Assembly: GCA_973895155.1 (NCBI GenBank)
Contig: OZ316892.1
Span: forward strand, 14,872,861 to 14,936,860
From: Marsupella aquatica
Taxonomy: Eukaryota > Plantae > Marchantiophyta
Reading direction: 5' to 3'
Length of the DNA stretch: 64,000 nucleotides
Part shown: positions 1 through 12,896 of the stretch, piece after piece
Layout: each line of letters begins with the position of its first letter
How positions within the stretch are numbered: position 1 is the first letter of the stretch
The notes under the pieces: model-generated
What the model saw: only the letters and a program-made list of their open reading frames with translations
Told to the model about the DNA's origin: nothing
The model's database searches: none
Translations under genes and position numbers: made by a program

Positions 1-97
1 AACTCTTCATCAGTTGTTTGCATGTTGCTTAGCTCTTTGGTATATGAATTACTTGGATGTTACTGACTTGTTGTTGGTGAGGCACTTATGATGGGGT

Positions 98-389
98 TGT
101 TGGATGTGATGACGACCAGACTTAGTACCGTCCTTAGTAGTAAATTAGGCTAATTTACTTATTGTCATTAATGTGCGCTATATGTCCGGACGTAATCTCA
201 GATTTAATCCTGTCCTTATCACTCTGATCCTCTTAGTTTGTCTTTTTGCTTAGGCCTTATCGCTTCTATCTAGTCTCTTCTGGATCAGCTGTATGTGGAC
301 CGTCGGCGGCTCACCCTCCCTTTGCCTCATGTATTTTAGCTGAGGCTTTACGGGTGTTTTAGTATCAGGTCTACACTTAAATTTGATCA
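98..389 (+). repeat. 5' LTR of copia element
   Basis: Starts TGTTGGATG, ends TTTGATCA, is directly followed by the PBS, and aligns along its length with 4091-4376. Confidence 0.92.
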
Positions 390-402
390 TGGTATCAGAG
401 CC
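390..402 (+). other. Primer binding site (tRNA-iMet complementary)
   Basis: TGGTATCAGAGCC immediately after the LTR end, the canonical plant copia PBS. Confidence 0.92.
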
Positions 403-576
403 ACTCAATGTGGTCTTAGAGAACTAGAAGAGTACTCTAACTTAGAAGCGAAGTCTCTAAGTCTAGGTCTAGTGGATCTATAGGTCTATATACGTGCTCC
501 AAGTAACATAATTCTTGGTCCCATTGAGCTAGCTCCATAGCTAACTATTCTAGCACCTGTTAATGATACCAGACTA

Positions 577-3470
577 ATGCATATTGTACTTTGTGGACTC
601 CCAAAGAGCTGGGGTCCTTTTATTTCCGTTTTTGGTTCTGATCTCAACACGCAACCACAGCCAACTTACTCCAATCTCATGGAACAACTTAAAGCTGAAA
701 AATACTGGCAACGTGGGTATCAGGAGGATCCCACACAACCAGGCACACGACAAGCTTTTCTCAATTCTTGTTTTTGAAATACCTCAAGGGGAAGGGGTCA
801 TGGTTTTCGCCAATAGAATTATTAGTGTCCACGTTTTGACAATCAAAATAATCAAACTTAGTAGAGAGGTAGTTGATTGTGGTAGGGGACGAGTTGGCTC
901 AGCAACTACTACAACAAGCAAGGCCACGAGGAAGTAGATTGTAATTTGAAGAAATTGGATGATCAAATCTCCCAGCTCCAACGGCGTGCATCTAACTTAC
1001 ATTGGTTTAAGCCTCAGGCTCACTTCACCAAAACTGCCAATGATCACGAAGTTACACAAGCAGATTTCTCTGATCTCTTTCCAAGAGAAATTGATGCTAA
1101 TCTCATTGACCTAGGACCCGAATGGTACTTGGACTCATGAGCCAGCAACCATATTGTTGGAGAAAATGTAGAGTTGTTTGAGTTTGCCCTTAGCCAGCAT
1201 TTCTTGTGGACCCTTTGTAACTATAGCAGGAGGCTCCAAGCTCCTAATTTTGGGAAAAGGGGCTGCCAAGGTTGCTAATAAAGTTGTACGCAATGTTCTA
1301 TATGTGCCTGGTGTCCATAAGAATCTAATGTCTATTGGCAAGTTGATTGATATGGGACATATCGTTCTGTTTTATTCCAAAGAATGCTATGTCTTTCATA
1401 GGGACAACCCTCAACTTGTAGCCTTATGCGCCACATGCAACCCACGCAACGGCCTGTATTGACTATCAGCTACCATGTGTGCTCAGCTAAAAGTCTCCCA
1501 ATCATCGAGTCACAATCAACACTGTCATTGCAATCACACAAAAAACAACTTCTTCAGCGTCTTGTTCATACGATTGCCCAACAAGCCAACCCAGCTTCTC
1601 CACAAGCACTTGAGATCACTCACACTTCCCACTTGTAGTTTATCTTTGGCATCGACGTCTCAACCACCTCAACTGTCAGTTGATTTACCATATGACTAAA
1701 CATAATTTAGTCTCTTGTATTCCCATGTTGTCGTCGGCAACAGGCAATCCTCCTACATCCTGGCCAAACATCATCGTGAACGGGTCCCCAAGATGTCCAA
1801 CTCTAAATCGTCTCCCCGATCGCCTCAACCATTTCAACTAGTACACTCCAATCTGTGTGGGCTAGTTAACACTTCATTTACACAGAAGTAAGTCCTTACA
1901 TTCATTGACGACTATTCCAGATTCACTTGGATGTACTTCCTAGCTCAGAAAAGACAAATGTTTGCAATTTTTTAGGACTTCAAAGCAATAGTTGAAACAC
2001 AATTCTCTAGTAAAAATCTCTTGCCTTCGGACTGATCGTTAAGGAGGATACCTCTCCCCGGGAGTTTATAAAATAATTATTGTACCACTAACGACTGACA
2101 AAAACTCACCTGCACCCAACACTCCTCACCAAAATGGAGTAGCCGAGCACAAAAATTGCACTTTGCTTGAGGCAGCTCAGGCAATTTTTATTGATGGGAA
2201 ATTTCTCAGTCTTCTTTTGACCAAGACCTTGCAAACTAGTGCATATGTTGTTAACCATTGTCCTACTCAAGCACTCCATCTCTCTATGCCATATAAGAAA
2301 CTTAGTGGAGTAAAACCCAACTTGTCTCATTTATGTGTCCTTGGCTGCGCAACATTAGTTCATATTCTTGACCAGTTTCATCAGACTGATGATAGTAGAA
2401 GTTATGATCAATTTTCACTAAAGCAGTTGGCAGACAGCTATTTGAGAAACATTAGTTCATATTCCTGAACTCTGCGTTGATGATCTGATTGTGACGAGTA
2501 ATTGCAACGCAATAATCTTTGAGGTCAAGAAGCAGTTGCAAGACAAATATGAGATGAAAGATCTTAGTGAGTCACTAAGTATCTCAACATTGAGTTCAAT
2601 CACTGAGATCAAGACCTCCTCATGCACCAACAAAGTTATGCCCAACAGATCATGTTGAACAAGGCATGCAAGTTGTCATATCAAGCACACTCCACTTCCA
2701 GAAGGTTTTGTGACTCAATTTGTCACTAACACAATATATGTTGATATTTCAGAATATCGTCAAATTATAGGTAAGTTGTTTCTAACAAATACTCGTTCTG
2801 TTGGTATACGCGCGGGTATACGCGCTAGATTCATGTCTCAGCCTCAGTAACATCTTAATGAAGTAAAGCATATTCTCCGCTACATCAAGAAAACTGTTGA
2901 CTTTGACATATTTTTGAAATGAGATTCCCAACTTTCTCTTTCTGGCTTTATAGACGCTGACTACTTGGGCTGCATCGAAATGAGGAGGTCCAATGGGGGA
3001 TATGTGTTCACTCTTGCCAATGGAGCAATTTTGCCGTCCAGCAAGTGACAAGCCACGATTTCAGACAACACTACAGAAGCTGAGTAAAAAGCACTCAGTG
3101 AAGCTGCCAAGGAAGCAGTCTACCTGAGGCGTATGCTACATCAACTCAGATAGTGTTGTTTCCAACTCTGCCAAATCTATTGCTTTGGCTTGTCTGAATT
3201 AGCTAATCAATTTTGATCTTGCAATTGCTTGCATTCCCTCTTTACACAATGTTCATCTTCACTGCGACAATCAAGGCCTCTTAAACTCGCAATCAATCCT
3301 ATTTTTCATGCAAGAACCAAACACATTGAAGCGAAGCACTTTCTTGTACATGAATGAATCCTTGAAGGGGAAGTTGTCCTCAAATACATTGCCATAGATG
3401 AACAACAGGTCCATATTTTCGCCCTTCAGTTGGCAGCTATTTGAGAAACATTGGCACTCAATTGGACTCC
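577..3470 (+). pseudogene. Disrupted gag-pol polyprotein (gag, PR, INT, partial RT, RNase H)
   Basis: ORF fragments VLCGLPKSW, WYLDS, VRNVLYVPGVHKNLMSIGKL, YKKLSGVKPNLSHLCVLGC, CVDDLIV, HARTKHIE. The integrase end jumps almost directly to the RT xVDD region, implying a large internal deletion. Confidence 0.9.
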
Positions 3471-4090
3471 GATCTTTATCATATCTAGATCCTATGTAGA
3501 CCTTGCTTACACCAAACAACTGATACTACTTACTCTGCGACCATGTTACCACCTGTAGTAGCCTCTCTCTACTCTCTACCAACATTGCACCTGCATTCAG
3601 TTCCTTTCTTAAGTAATGCTCTGCTTCGGCATGTAGCTTGAACATCTCTTGACAATTGTTTCAAACGCCTATTACCCGTCTACTTGCTGCTTCCCAGGAG
3701 ACGTAGATTCCTAGTCGTTCCCCTACTGCAACGGCATAATTAATATCGTGGCATGCCCCTGGGTCTCACAATTGGCAAAGACCACAATCGTTCTTGCTCC
3801 ACCAGCTGCATCCTCAATTTATGATGGGCTTGGTTCCTCATGAACTTCAACCACACGACTTGCATGACTGCTGCCCCTTCTTCTTCTTCTGTTGTTGGGC
3901 TAATCAATAGTATTACTCGCACAGCCACTATACTCACTACTCTCCAGTTTGCCTACCAACTTTTGATGATGGCTTCCCACAATGACCCTATGGGCTCTGA
4001 CATGTTGAGCTCCTTTCGGCTAAGACTATCTGAATTCCTGTCCTAGTTTCTGGTAGGACTTTCAATAAGTGTGTCTGGTTGTAGAGAGGG

Positions 4091-4376
4091 TGTTGGATAC
4101 ATTGACAACCAGACTTAGTGCCATCCTTGGTAGTAAATGAGGCTAATATATACTTATTTTCGTTACAAGGCACTGTCTGGATGTAACCTCGGATGTAAAC
4201 TTGTCTTAATCAGTCTGATCCTCTTAGTTTGTCTTTTTGCTAAGATGGTATCACTTCTATCTAGTCTCTTTAGGATCAGCTGTATGTGGTCCATGGGCAG
4301 CTAGCCCTCCATTTGCCTCTTGTATTTAGCTAAGGCTTCACGTGTGTGTTATCAAGTCTACACTTGTATTTGATCA
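4091..4376 (+). repeat. 3' LTR of copia element
   Basis: TGTTGGATAC...TTTGATCA directly after the purine tract; homologous to 98-389. Confidence 0.92.
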
Positions 4377-4725
4377 CTGACTTGTTGTGGACAAGGCACT
4401 TATGATGGGGTCCCACAGCCATCTCCAATCCCAAGAAATCCTTCATTACTGTGTTGTGAAAATTTGAGATATCTTGACTAAAAGGTGTCGAGAAAATTCA
4501 TGTACCAATATTAAATAAATTGCATTCCTTAAAACTGCAGCTGCAGTACTTTAGTTTGAGGCTCCTTCGACTGAGCATTGTTCATCTTGATTCAATTGTC
4601 CTTGTATGTCGAGTGTCAAATCTTCTCCCACCCAAGTTTCTAGAACTTTGTTCTTGAGATGGATAGGCACAACTGATTCTCCAGTGCTGATTCAGAGGAA
4701 GTTGAGAAACCTTATGGGATGTTTG

Positions 4726-4962
4726 TACACAACACATATGAGCAGAGATATGAACAGCATCCCGCTCTCAAATTGACCCTATGAAATCTGGAATGTTACC
4801 ATAATCCCGTTCTCAGATTGACCCTCTGAAATCTGGAATTTTACACAACACATATGAATAGAGATATGAACAGCATCCCCTGCTCTCAAAATGACCCTAT
4901 GAATTCTGGAATGTTACCATAATCCGGTTCTCAAATTGACCCTATGAAATCTGGAATGTTAC
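4726..4962. repeat. Tandem repeat, ~117 bp x2, each unit containing two ~43-bp subunits
   Basis: Near-identical copies of CTCAAATTGACCCTATGAAATCTGGAATGTTAC occur four times; ACAACACATATG...GAGATATGAACAGCATCCC occurs twice. Confidence 0.85.
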
Positions 4963-5020
4963 AAGAACTCCGTTATGAAACTGCTTTAGGCTTTAGCAAA
5001 AATTGAAGGACATCCCTAAA

Positions 5021-5165
5021 GCTAGATATCCACTTAGGAAGGTGTTCACAGCATTTCGGTTTTGTAATGTTTTCAAATTTCTGTCTCCAGAGATGCTAGA
5101 TATCCACTTAGGAAGGTGTTCACAGCATTTCGGTTCTGTAATGTATTCAAATTTCTGCCTCCAGT
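5021..5165. repeat. Tandem duplication, ~74 bp x2
   Basis: GCTAGATATCCACTTAGGAAGGTGTTCACAGCATTTCGGTT at 5021 and 5095. Confidence 0.85.
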
Positions 5166-6677
5166 GATGCTGCAGCTTTAGATCTTTAGTAGTCATCATG
5201 ATATGTCTGGATCATCCAGACTTAGAAGTATTGAATTTCCGCCCAAAGCGTTTGCTCCATTGTCAAGGACTGCTTAAGTTTTCAAGGACAATTTACAAAC
5301 TTATTTCCTGTACACGACTTAGCAATTATTTACCTCATCTTTTGAGAACGGTGGTCAGAAAACCACACAATTAACTATACAAGCTCTGTTCCACCATTTT
5401 TCACATAAAGTCTTCCAAAATTGCATCGACATGTCCGTTCCTACGCTTCTCGGCACAAGGAGGTAGTACAGCTAGCTGTATCATCGGTAGCACCCATATT
5501 GTTAGAAAAATATCAGATGTTACAAAAATACCAGATTCTTATGCTTTCCTAGGATTCACAAATAACCTCTTCAAGCGGTGTATAATTACAATTGCTAGAG
5601 CAGTGAGAGGTCGTTTCAGACAGTAATGGTGTATATTTACAATTCTCAATACACTAGAAGTACATACATACACAGATGAGCAACCCCGAGGCTCTGCGTC
5701 TACCAATCAGACAATTAACAAAACTGAACGCCCTCCACCTATTCAGAGAAGGCTTCTGTGGGCCCACAGGCAGTGCTTTGAGGGACAAAGCTTAGATCAC
5801 TTACAAAATAGGACATCCACGAGATACAACGAAACTAACGAAAAGCAAGATACGAAAGAACCTCGTGCACTTTTGAAGAAAGAACCAAAGCCCACCCCCA
5901 GGCGTGCACGAGGTAGACGTAACACTTGGTCTGAATTGTTGATAACACTCCAGCACGTACAACACATGGCGCTTGAATGTCCAGATTTACAAGCAAGCAA
6001 GAGAAACCAATCTTGACCTCATAAGCACAAGGGCATCCATGACCTTTTTCAACATTTTAGATCATGTTGCAGAGGCCAAACCACAAGGCAAAGGCAAAGG
6101 CGAAAAGTAAAATCCAACATCTCCAATCTTATAAGACCACAATGGCTTGAATGACTCAAAGCTTTAAGAGAGTAGAAAGAAAGCTCTTCACTCTTCAATT
6201 GAAGATTCAAAAGGAACCCATATCCTTCAAATAAGCGAAAGAAACTAGTAAAAATCGTTGCGACGTTGACAAGATGTTGACAGAAGGTTCTCACTGTTGT
6301 GTAACAGCTTTGTGGACAAAAGAAATGTACAAAATGTGTTTACAATACATCATGACTACCAAAAAGAAAACCTGCGTTTCAGATGGTGCAAATGCACCAG
6401 TTGACAGCCCAAGAATAACACACCCTACTCTGCTACAGGTATTAAGGAAATGTTAATACAACTCGACCTACCTTTAATGTGAACTCATCCATGCCTCTAA
6501 AACTATGCAAATTAAGGATGGTAACCTAGATTCTTCAGACTGAAAACTCAAGCCCAGCGAAGGGCAAAGCAAGTCAGACCTTCCCATACTAGTGGCAGGT
6601 CATATGATGACTGGCCTGACTTACACTTGCAATATTGTGTTGTGTAATGGGTAGAATCGTAAGAGAAAAGCTGCAGC

Positions 6678-8805
6678 TTACTTGCACTTGAAACCATGGC
6701 ATATGGATAACCATATGATGAGAATCACGACAATGATAATCGCGAGCACAATCAGCTTCACCTTAAAGTTCTGCAACCACATCTTTCTACGCAGCTGCCT
6801 GCCCTGTCGCTGGAAATTATCGGCCTACACATTCCAGGAGAAAATTCCAGTGAATACTTCTTCAGGAGAAACAGTGTTTCGAAAGAGAAGGAGATGACTT
6901 CAAGTGACACATCACGACCACAGCCTTCGACATTTCGTTCCTTCACAACAAAACTTCCATTGAAAGTCCTCATCTCCGAACAAACTGAACGATCGCAGGT
7001 TTCTAAGATTCACATCTCAACTGAAAGAACGTAACATCTCACCACCTTTTCAGTCAAGTTCACCATCGGGGGTACCAGAAACACGTCACAAGGGTTCGTT
7101 TGCTACGCCTGGGCCGTTAAAGGGAGGGCTCCTATATTACATAACCTCCTACGTCCAGAACCAACATTTACCAAAGAATCTAATAATCAGATTAACCGAC
7201 CTGATTTCGAAGATTATCCGTCTTATCAACCAGCACTTCAATCTTCTCACCGCGATCAAGAACCTGCGCATATCAATAAAGTGAATATTATACATCTGTT
7301 AGAACAGAGCCCAAATGTACAGTGCCCAAGTGTACAGTGAACCCGCAGCGTACACATGAAAGACTCCAAAACATTATGAGCGGAGGAATTGAGTTAGAGA
7401 AGCGCCCCGCACCTTCTCAATGTTGTCCATCATGATGCCTTTCACCTCTGAAACTTGAGCTTTAATTTTCGAGAGTTTGTTCATCTCCTCAGGATGATCG
7501 ACGCAGAATTGCATGTGCTCCTTAAGTTTGGACCTAAATTGAAGAGGACGCTACTCAGCAACAGATTTACCGCCCCACCGAATTGCAAACTCAAATTACA
7601 GAAAAATTTCACCCAACTTAATCTCTTTTTAGGCCCCAGGACAACATCTTTACCCGAATTCCTTGTCAAGGCTGTGTGCAATAGCAGTGTCTGCCCTGCC
7701 TCCTCCATAACGTCGCCTGAAGTCTTCCTTTACCCGATCCAAAAATGCGAAAGGAATCTGTCTGCCGAAGTCTTCATCCGCAACGACCAAATATGCTGCA
7801 TATTGCCACACACGCTAGTTGGCTTCCCAAAAAGGCGAAAAAGAATTGCGTTCTGCAATCGTCCAGCCCGTCGGGAAAAGTTCTATCTTATTGCGATAGG
7901 CCCAAATGTAAGATACTGTAATGATTCCAAGTATATTGACAAAGTTCACATAGATCTATCCCCACTATCATGGATGATGATAAGTAGAGGCCCTAATAGT
8001 GTAGTCGGACAAACTTTTGAGCGGAAGCAGAATTCGGGTGAGATTTTCATGTTCCATTTATGATCCCAGTGTGCTTCAGGCATGCCACCTCGATGTAGAT
8101 CGGTCATTCCAGGAAAGCTACAAGAAGAGGGAAACCTAGACATCGCAGCCATATATATTTGGGAACGATCCTTCAGATTTCAGACACTCAACAATAGCGT
8201 CGACTTAGTCTTGACTTCGGTGAAAACGAAGCGATACGAAACAGGTTGGACTACTAAACTACAACCCTCAGATCTACTTCCACATTCTTCAGGTGATCGG
8301 CGAGGTAAACTATATCTCAACGGCAAAACACACCTAAAGATGCCACAGATCTAAAACATGAAGAGCGAGGACAGATGGAAGAATTATAAGCACGGTAACC
8401 ATCGTTACAAGCAGGAGTCAAGAAACAGAACACAGGCAAACAACTGACTTTGCCTAGCAAGTGAGTGACGAAGTGATAGGAGTAACTGTGGTGTTCGGCA
8501 GGTAACAGAAAGTATCGGGCACAAAGCATCCAGACCTAATACACGACCAAAGCGGATCTCAAACCTAACCTAATGCAAGAAATCTCTCCGGAGTCCGAGA
8601 GCACAGAGCACGTACTGAATCCATCTTCGACAAGATAGTTGAAGGTATGCCGGTCGCAAGTGTAGGTGAATTTGTTGTTATTTGCAGGTAACTTCTGTAG
8701 ACACTGAACCGCAATTGTACTAAAGTTTCCGGAGAACGCAGTGTACTCCGCGAGCACGACAGTGCCCCGTGCCACAAAGCTGTAAATCAGCGAATTCGCA
8801 CCCAT
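6678..8805 (-). CDS. VAMP72: Vesicle-associated membrane protein, VAMP72 family R-SNARE (longin + synaptobrevin + TM), ~220 aa, 5 exons
   Basis: Exons 8805-8616, 7795-7654, 7533-7413, 7263-7201, 6824-6678 with GT-AG introns and consistent phase (663 nt). Reads [16 protein letters not shown]...[15 protein letters not shown]...[32 protein letters not shown]...RRKMWLQN, then a TM helix and CHGFKCK*. Confidence 0.96.
8180..8469 (-). repeat. Diverged copy of the VAMP72 5' leader (8825-9121) inside intron 1
   Basis: Colinear similarity over ~290 bp, e.g. CACCTAAAGATGCCACAGATCTAAA, GAGCGAGGACAGATGGAAGAATT, CACGGTAACCATCG and AGCAAGTGAGTGAC in both copies. Confidence 0.9.
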
Positions 8806-9699
8806 GGCGATCTACAACTCGAAATCAGACACTCAACAGCAGCGTCGATTAGTCTCGACTTCGGTCCAATCACCCTGCGATACAAAACCGCTTACACTAC
8901 ACCGAAATGCCAACCCACAATCTACTTCCGCATTCTTCAGGAGATCGGCGGCTTGAACTATTTCTCAACGGCAAATACACCTAAAGATGCCACAGATCTA
9001 AACTATGGAGGAGCGAGGACAGATGGAAGAATTGCGCGCACGGTAACCATCGGTACAAGCAGGCAGCCAAGAAACAGAGCAGAAAGCAAACAACTGACTG
9101 CGGCTAAAGCAAGTGAGTGACTCCGCACTCGTCCCTCCCTCCCTCCCCACGCTCCCTCCGCTCCTTCCTGGCTTCGGGCCCTCTTTGTCTCGTCTCCTGA
9201 TGCCAGCCCGACTGCCCGAGTGCCCGAGTGCCCGACCCTTCCTGCCTTCCTTCCTTTTCGCCTTCCTTCCTTTTTGCTGCCGCCAGAAAAGAATTCACGG
9301 CCACGGTTCTACAGAAGCCCATTTAATTAATTAATTAATAGGGTCTTAAATCTCACCTTGACTGCCAGGTTAAGGGTACTTAGAGTAAAATATATTTATA
9401 TAAAGCACAATCAAAATAGATTCCTTGGCCTATGGGAAAATCTTACTAATAAATCTCAATGAAAAGCTATTCCTTGGGTTGGGCCTAGTGTCTACAGTGA
9501 AGCCTCTAGACCTTGACTCTAAGTGAAGGATAACTGAAAATGAGGGTGCTAAGATGAATGAAATTAATAGCATGGAATCTTTTTTCCTACAAAGTCTTTT
9601 TTCTCATCATTACTATTTTCATTTGGGTAATCAGGCTAGTTATGGACAAACACATTCATAATCTTCAATTTTTTGCAGTAAGGAATGATCATATGCCAT

Positions 9700-11100
9700 G
9701 TCCCCTAAGTCACTGCAGAAGCCAATGAAAAGAACCTAGGAAAATTTCTACACAACCCTATGATTAAAGTTACGCCATCACCCGTAAGGATGAAGCTTTG
9801 GGATGCCCTTTTACAACCCCTTTGGGTGAAACAAGCATCACCAGTGGTTATGTGGCTTCCAGGCGCTACCACTCAGGTTTAGCGATTGACTTAGAGACTT
9901 CCAAATACCAGGCCCGCATCCTTTTTGCGATCACCATGGGTGCACGCCATAGGGTGCCTCCATCCATTGTCAGCCATGGAGTTCAGGCGTGGGAGTACAT
10001 TTGCTGCAGTGAGCTTCTCATCACAAATGACACGTCGTGCCTGGAAAACTCAGTAGATATGGAGGAGCATTTTGCAGTTGCCTTGGGTGACCATAGATGT
10101 TGCCAAATCTTGCCACAACCTTTTCTCTATTTGAGAGGTCAGCCTCCCCATATCAGGATACACACTAAGTAAACTGAGCTTTGCCTGGAAAATGGTTGTC
10201 AACCAAAAAAAGATGGAGTTTATGTACCTTTTTCAGCCACCTTTGGCAAAGCTCTAAGGGAGTGACCTCCAATATTTCCAAGTGTAGAGTATTTTGTGTG
10301 CAATGGGCTTTGGTGAAGTGGGGTGGGACTTTGGGGGTGGGACTTTGTCAATATAGGGAGCTTGAACTCAGACGGAAACTCAGGTTCTTACTTGCCGCAG
10401 TGAATACTGTCCTTGCTGGGCCACACTTGCTGGGACAACTGATGTTGATCAAACTTCGCACTTCTGTGGATCTGCACATCAGAGATAGCATTCAAAACTA
10501 CTAAGAGCACCCTCATTTCTTCATTATCTATGGGCAATGGGCAGCGCAAGATAATGGGTAACATAGAATGACAGATCCAATAGGCAACAACATATGAGTT
10601 TCACAGGAATGTTTCTTCAGAACAATGGGATGATGGCAGACTCCTCACTATGACTCGGTTGAGCGGGCACTTCCTCTCCTCTACCGGATGTGTTGGGTAC
10701 TATACAGTCCACCGTGTCTAAGTGCAGACAAGTCATGTAATCCCCTAATGTTACAGCTTTTCTCTTTGTAAATGCACAAAAAATCATCTTTCAGAACTAC
10801 AAGTAAAAAAACACATAAGCTTTGATGGTTCATAATATGATTTGTCTCCTAGGTTGCCCAATAAAAGTTGACTTTGTTGTCCCAGATAGTGTGACCTTCT
10901 CAACCATATTCTAGCAAGCAGTATACATCTCCTCCTTGAGTTGGGCTACCTAGCTTGGCTGCAGCATGGCCTGTAAAGGAGCAGCAACCACAACATACTC
11001 GCACCAGTTGGATCTGCAACGACCACATCCTCTACATCATGTAAGTCTCTACAGCGTTTTCTTGGTAAGTGCATGAAAAGGGTGGGCATGACATGGGACC
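9700..11100 (-). mobile_element. Highly decayed hAT-like transposase remnant (boundaries approximate)
   Basis: Minus-strand fragments SCAAHC (~10535-10552, cf. hAT PCAAHC) and PARTVF (~10400-10420, cf. PAxTRF). No intact ORF or TIRs found. Confidence 0.4.
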
Positions 11101-12896
11101 CGGGCTATTTCTATGCATAGCGTGGATAACCAGGCTCCTTTTTGTAATTTCAGAAATTTTAAAGGGTATCAATAATGTTTTAATGGGTTGGTTTAACCAG
11201 AATACACTAACCCGAGATGGTATGTAATGTGTCTGGGGACATGCGCTGGGACATGTGGAGGCACATATATGTCAAAGCTTACCCCCTCCAACCGCCTGTC
11301 CAAGTGTGAAAGTGCAGGAAATGAAGGGGGTATGTTTGAACTCAAACTTAATCCTACCACATACAAAATGGGGGCAAAGTGATAGTTGGTTGGACCTTAG
11401 CTTGGTTTTGTGATGGGGACCCACTTTTTTGGGCCCCAAATGTAGTGTCATAACATATTGTTAAATATATTCTTAAAATCATATGAACTCTAGATATTAA
11501 TTCAGCTTATTGTGACCACATAACCTTTGTCACGAGATGGTTAAATTAGTTTTGCGGATAGGTTACTAATTTCAAACTGTTTGGAGGATGGGACAGTATA
11601 TAAAAAACGTATTAATATTATTGCAGACTAAAGAATCGTTCTTCCATAGGTTTTCACTTGTTAAGCCGGCTCAACGGTAGCATTTCAAATCCTGCACAAC
11701 GTGCTAGAAATCTCCCACCAAAAAGAATTAGGTACAACACATGCACCACCGACATTGGACGGACCAGTATCGAACCCAGACTCCCTAAGTCCTCAGTGTT
11801 GTAGCCGCAGCTTCTACAATACTGTAATGCTGTACTGTGTGTCCGAGAACATACGGCGCCGTACGTCTGTAGCTGATAATTATTCACAGCAAAGGCTCTA
11901 GTCATAATTGAACAGCGGAGCACAGAACAGCATATAGGAGTCGTGCTGACTGTTTTACTTGCGTCATGTATACAATCATCCATATGGCTTGATTTGAACC
12001 CAATTGCAAAAAACAAATAAAAACCTTTTTCATTTTTAATTTTTTTTATAGCTTATTATATATATTATAAATTTGGAAATTTAAGCCTGAATAGACCTTG
12101 ATGTTTGCTAAAATCCCAGGATGAATTTGATATAGGGAAAGACCCATGAAGAGCAGAGCTTACCAACACAGTAGCGTTAGAGAAGCACTTGGATGTTTCT
12201 GGTTTTCTTCAATCGCCCCATAGAATACTTAACAACTTTAAGGCAGATGCAGGGGGATTGTATTTACTGGGGGATTTTAAGCCGTTTAGAAGATTAAACA
12301 AAGCGAAAGTCGAGGATGCGAGAAGGTGATATGGCATTGACCGACTTCTTCATCAAAGATCAGCTGAGGGCAACAAAGGCGGAGAGCATGAGTTCATGGT
12401 TCTAACTTCTCTGATGGGTTATTGATTCATCCCAGTTGTTACATGGAACTGAGACGAGCCCCTGCTCCTTGTTAAAGTCAATCAAACAATCCAAGTAGCA
12501 TTTGTTATTTTACTAACATGGCTTGCAGGTTAGCCAAGATGGGTCTTACATCAAATGCAGCTTTTGCTCTGCTCAGTTTCGTTGGTTGAAGGCAAAATTC
12601 AAGATGTCCCTCCGTTCTGCTTTGGAACCATCATATCCAAGGATAACACGGCCAAGACTTTTATATTATCCAGGATCCAGATTCATTTTAATGTAAAGAA
12701 CACGTGAACAAAAAACTATGCTCACTACCAGAGTCCATTTAATGCCGTAGGAAAGGGGCATACAACTCTTATATGATTGTGAACGTGAACCTGAATCGAG
12801 TGAAGGCATCAGCCACAACCATAATGAGAGAAGATACCCGGAGAACTCGGAGAAAATTGCGTTAGCTGTCTTAAAACAGTGCGTAAGTCTCCCTTC

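Larger units (their letters stand above)
98..4376 (+). mobile_element. Degenerate full-length Ty1/copia LTR retrotransposon
   Basis: Paired LTRs 98-389 and 4091-4376, both TG...CA. PBS TGGTATCAGAGCC at 390-402 and purine tract AGAGAGGG at 4083-4090. Internal fragments lie in copia order: gag (~577-780), protease WYLDS (~1122-1137), integrase (~1840-2370), RT LCVDDL (~2470), RNase H HARTKHIEAKHF (~3307-3345). Many stops and frameshifts. Confidence 0.95.

Noticed and set aside
7534-7653. VAMP72 intron 2 is 120 nt (3n), so retention might give a VAMP727-like longin insertion
   Set aside because: Retention reads GAA TTC GGG TAA, an immediate stop.
7455-8063. 202-aa plus-strand ORF
   Set aside because: Antisense to VAMP72 exons and introns, starts at a non-ATG codon, and has no recognisable motifs.
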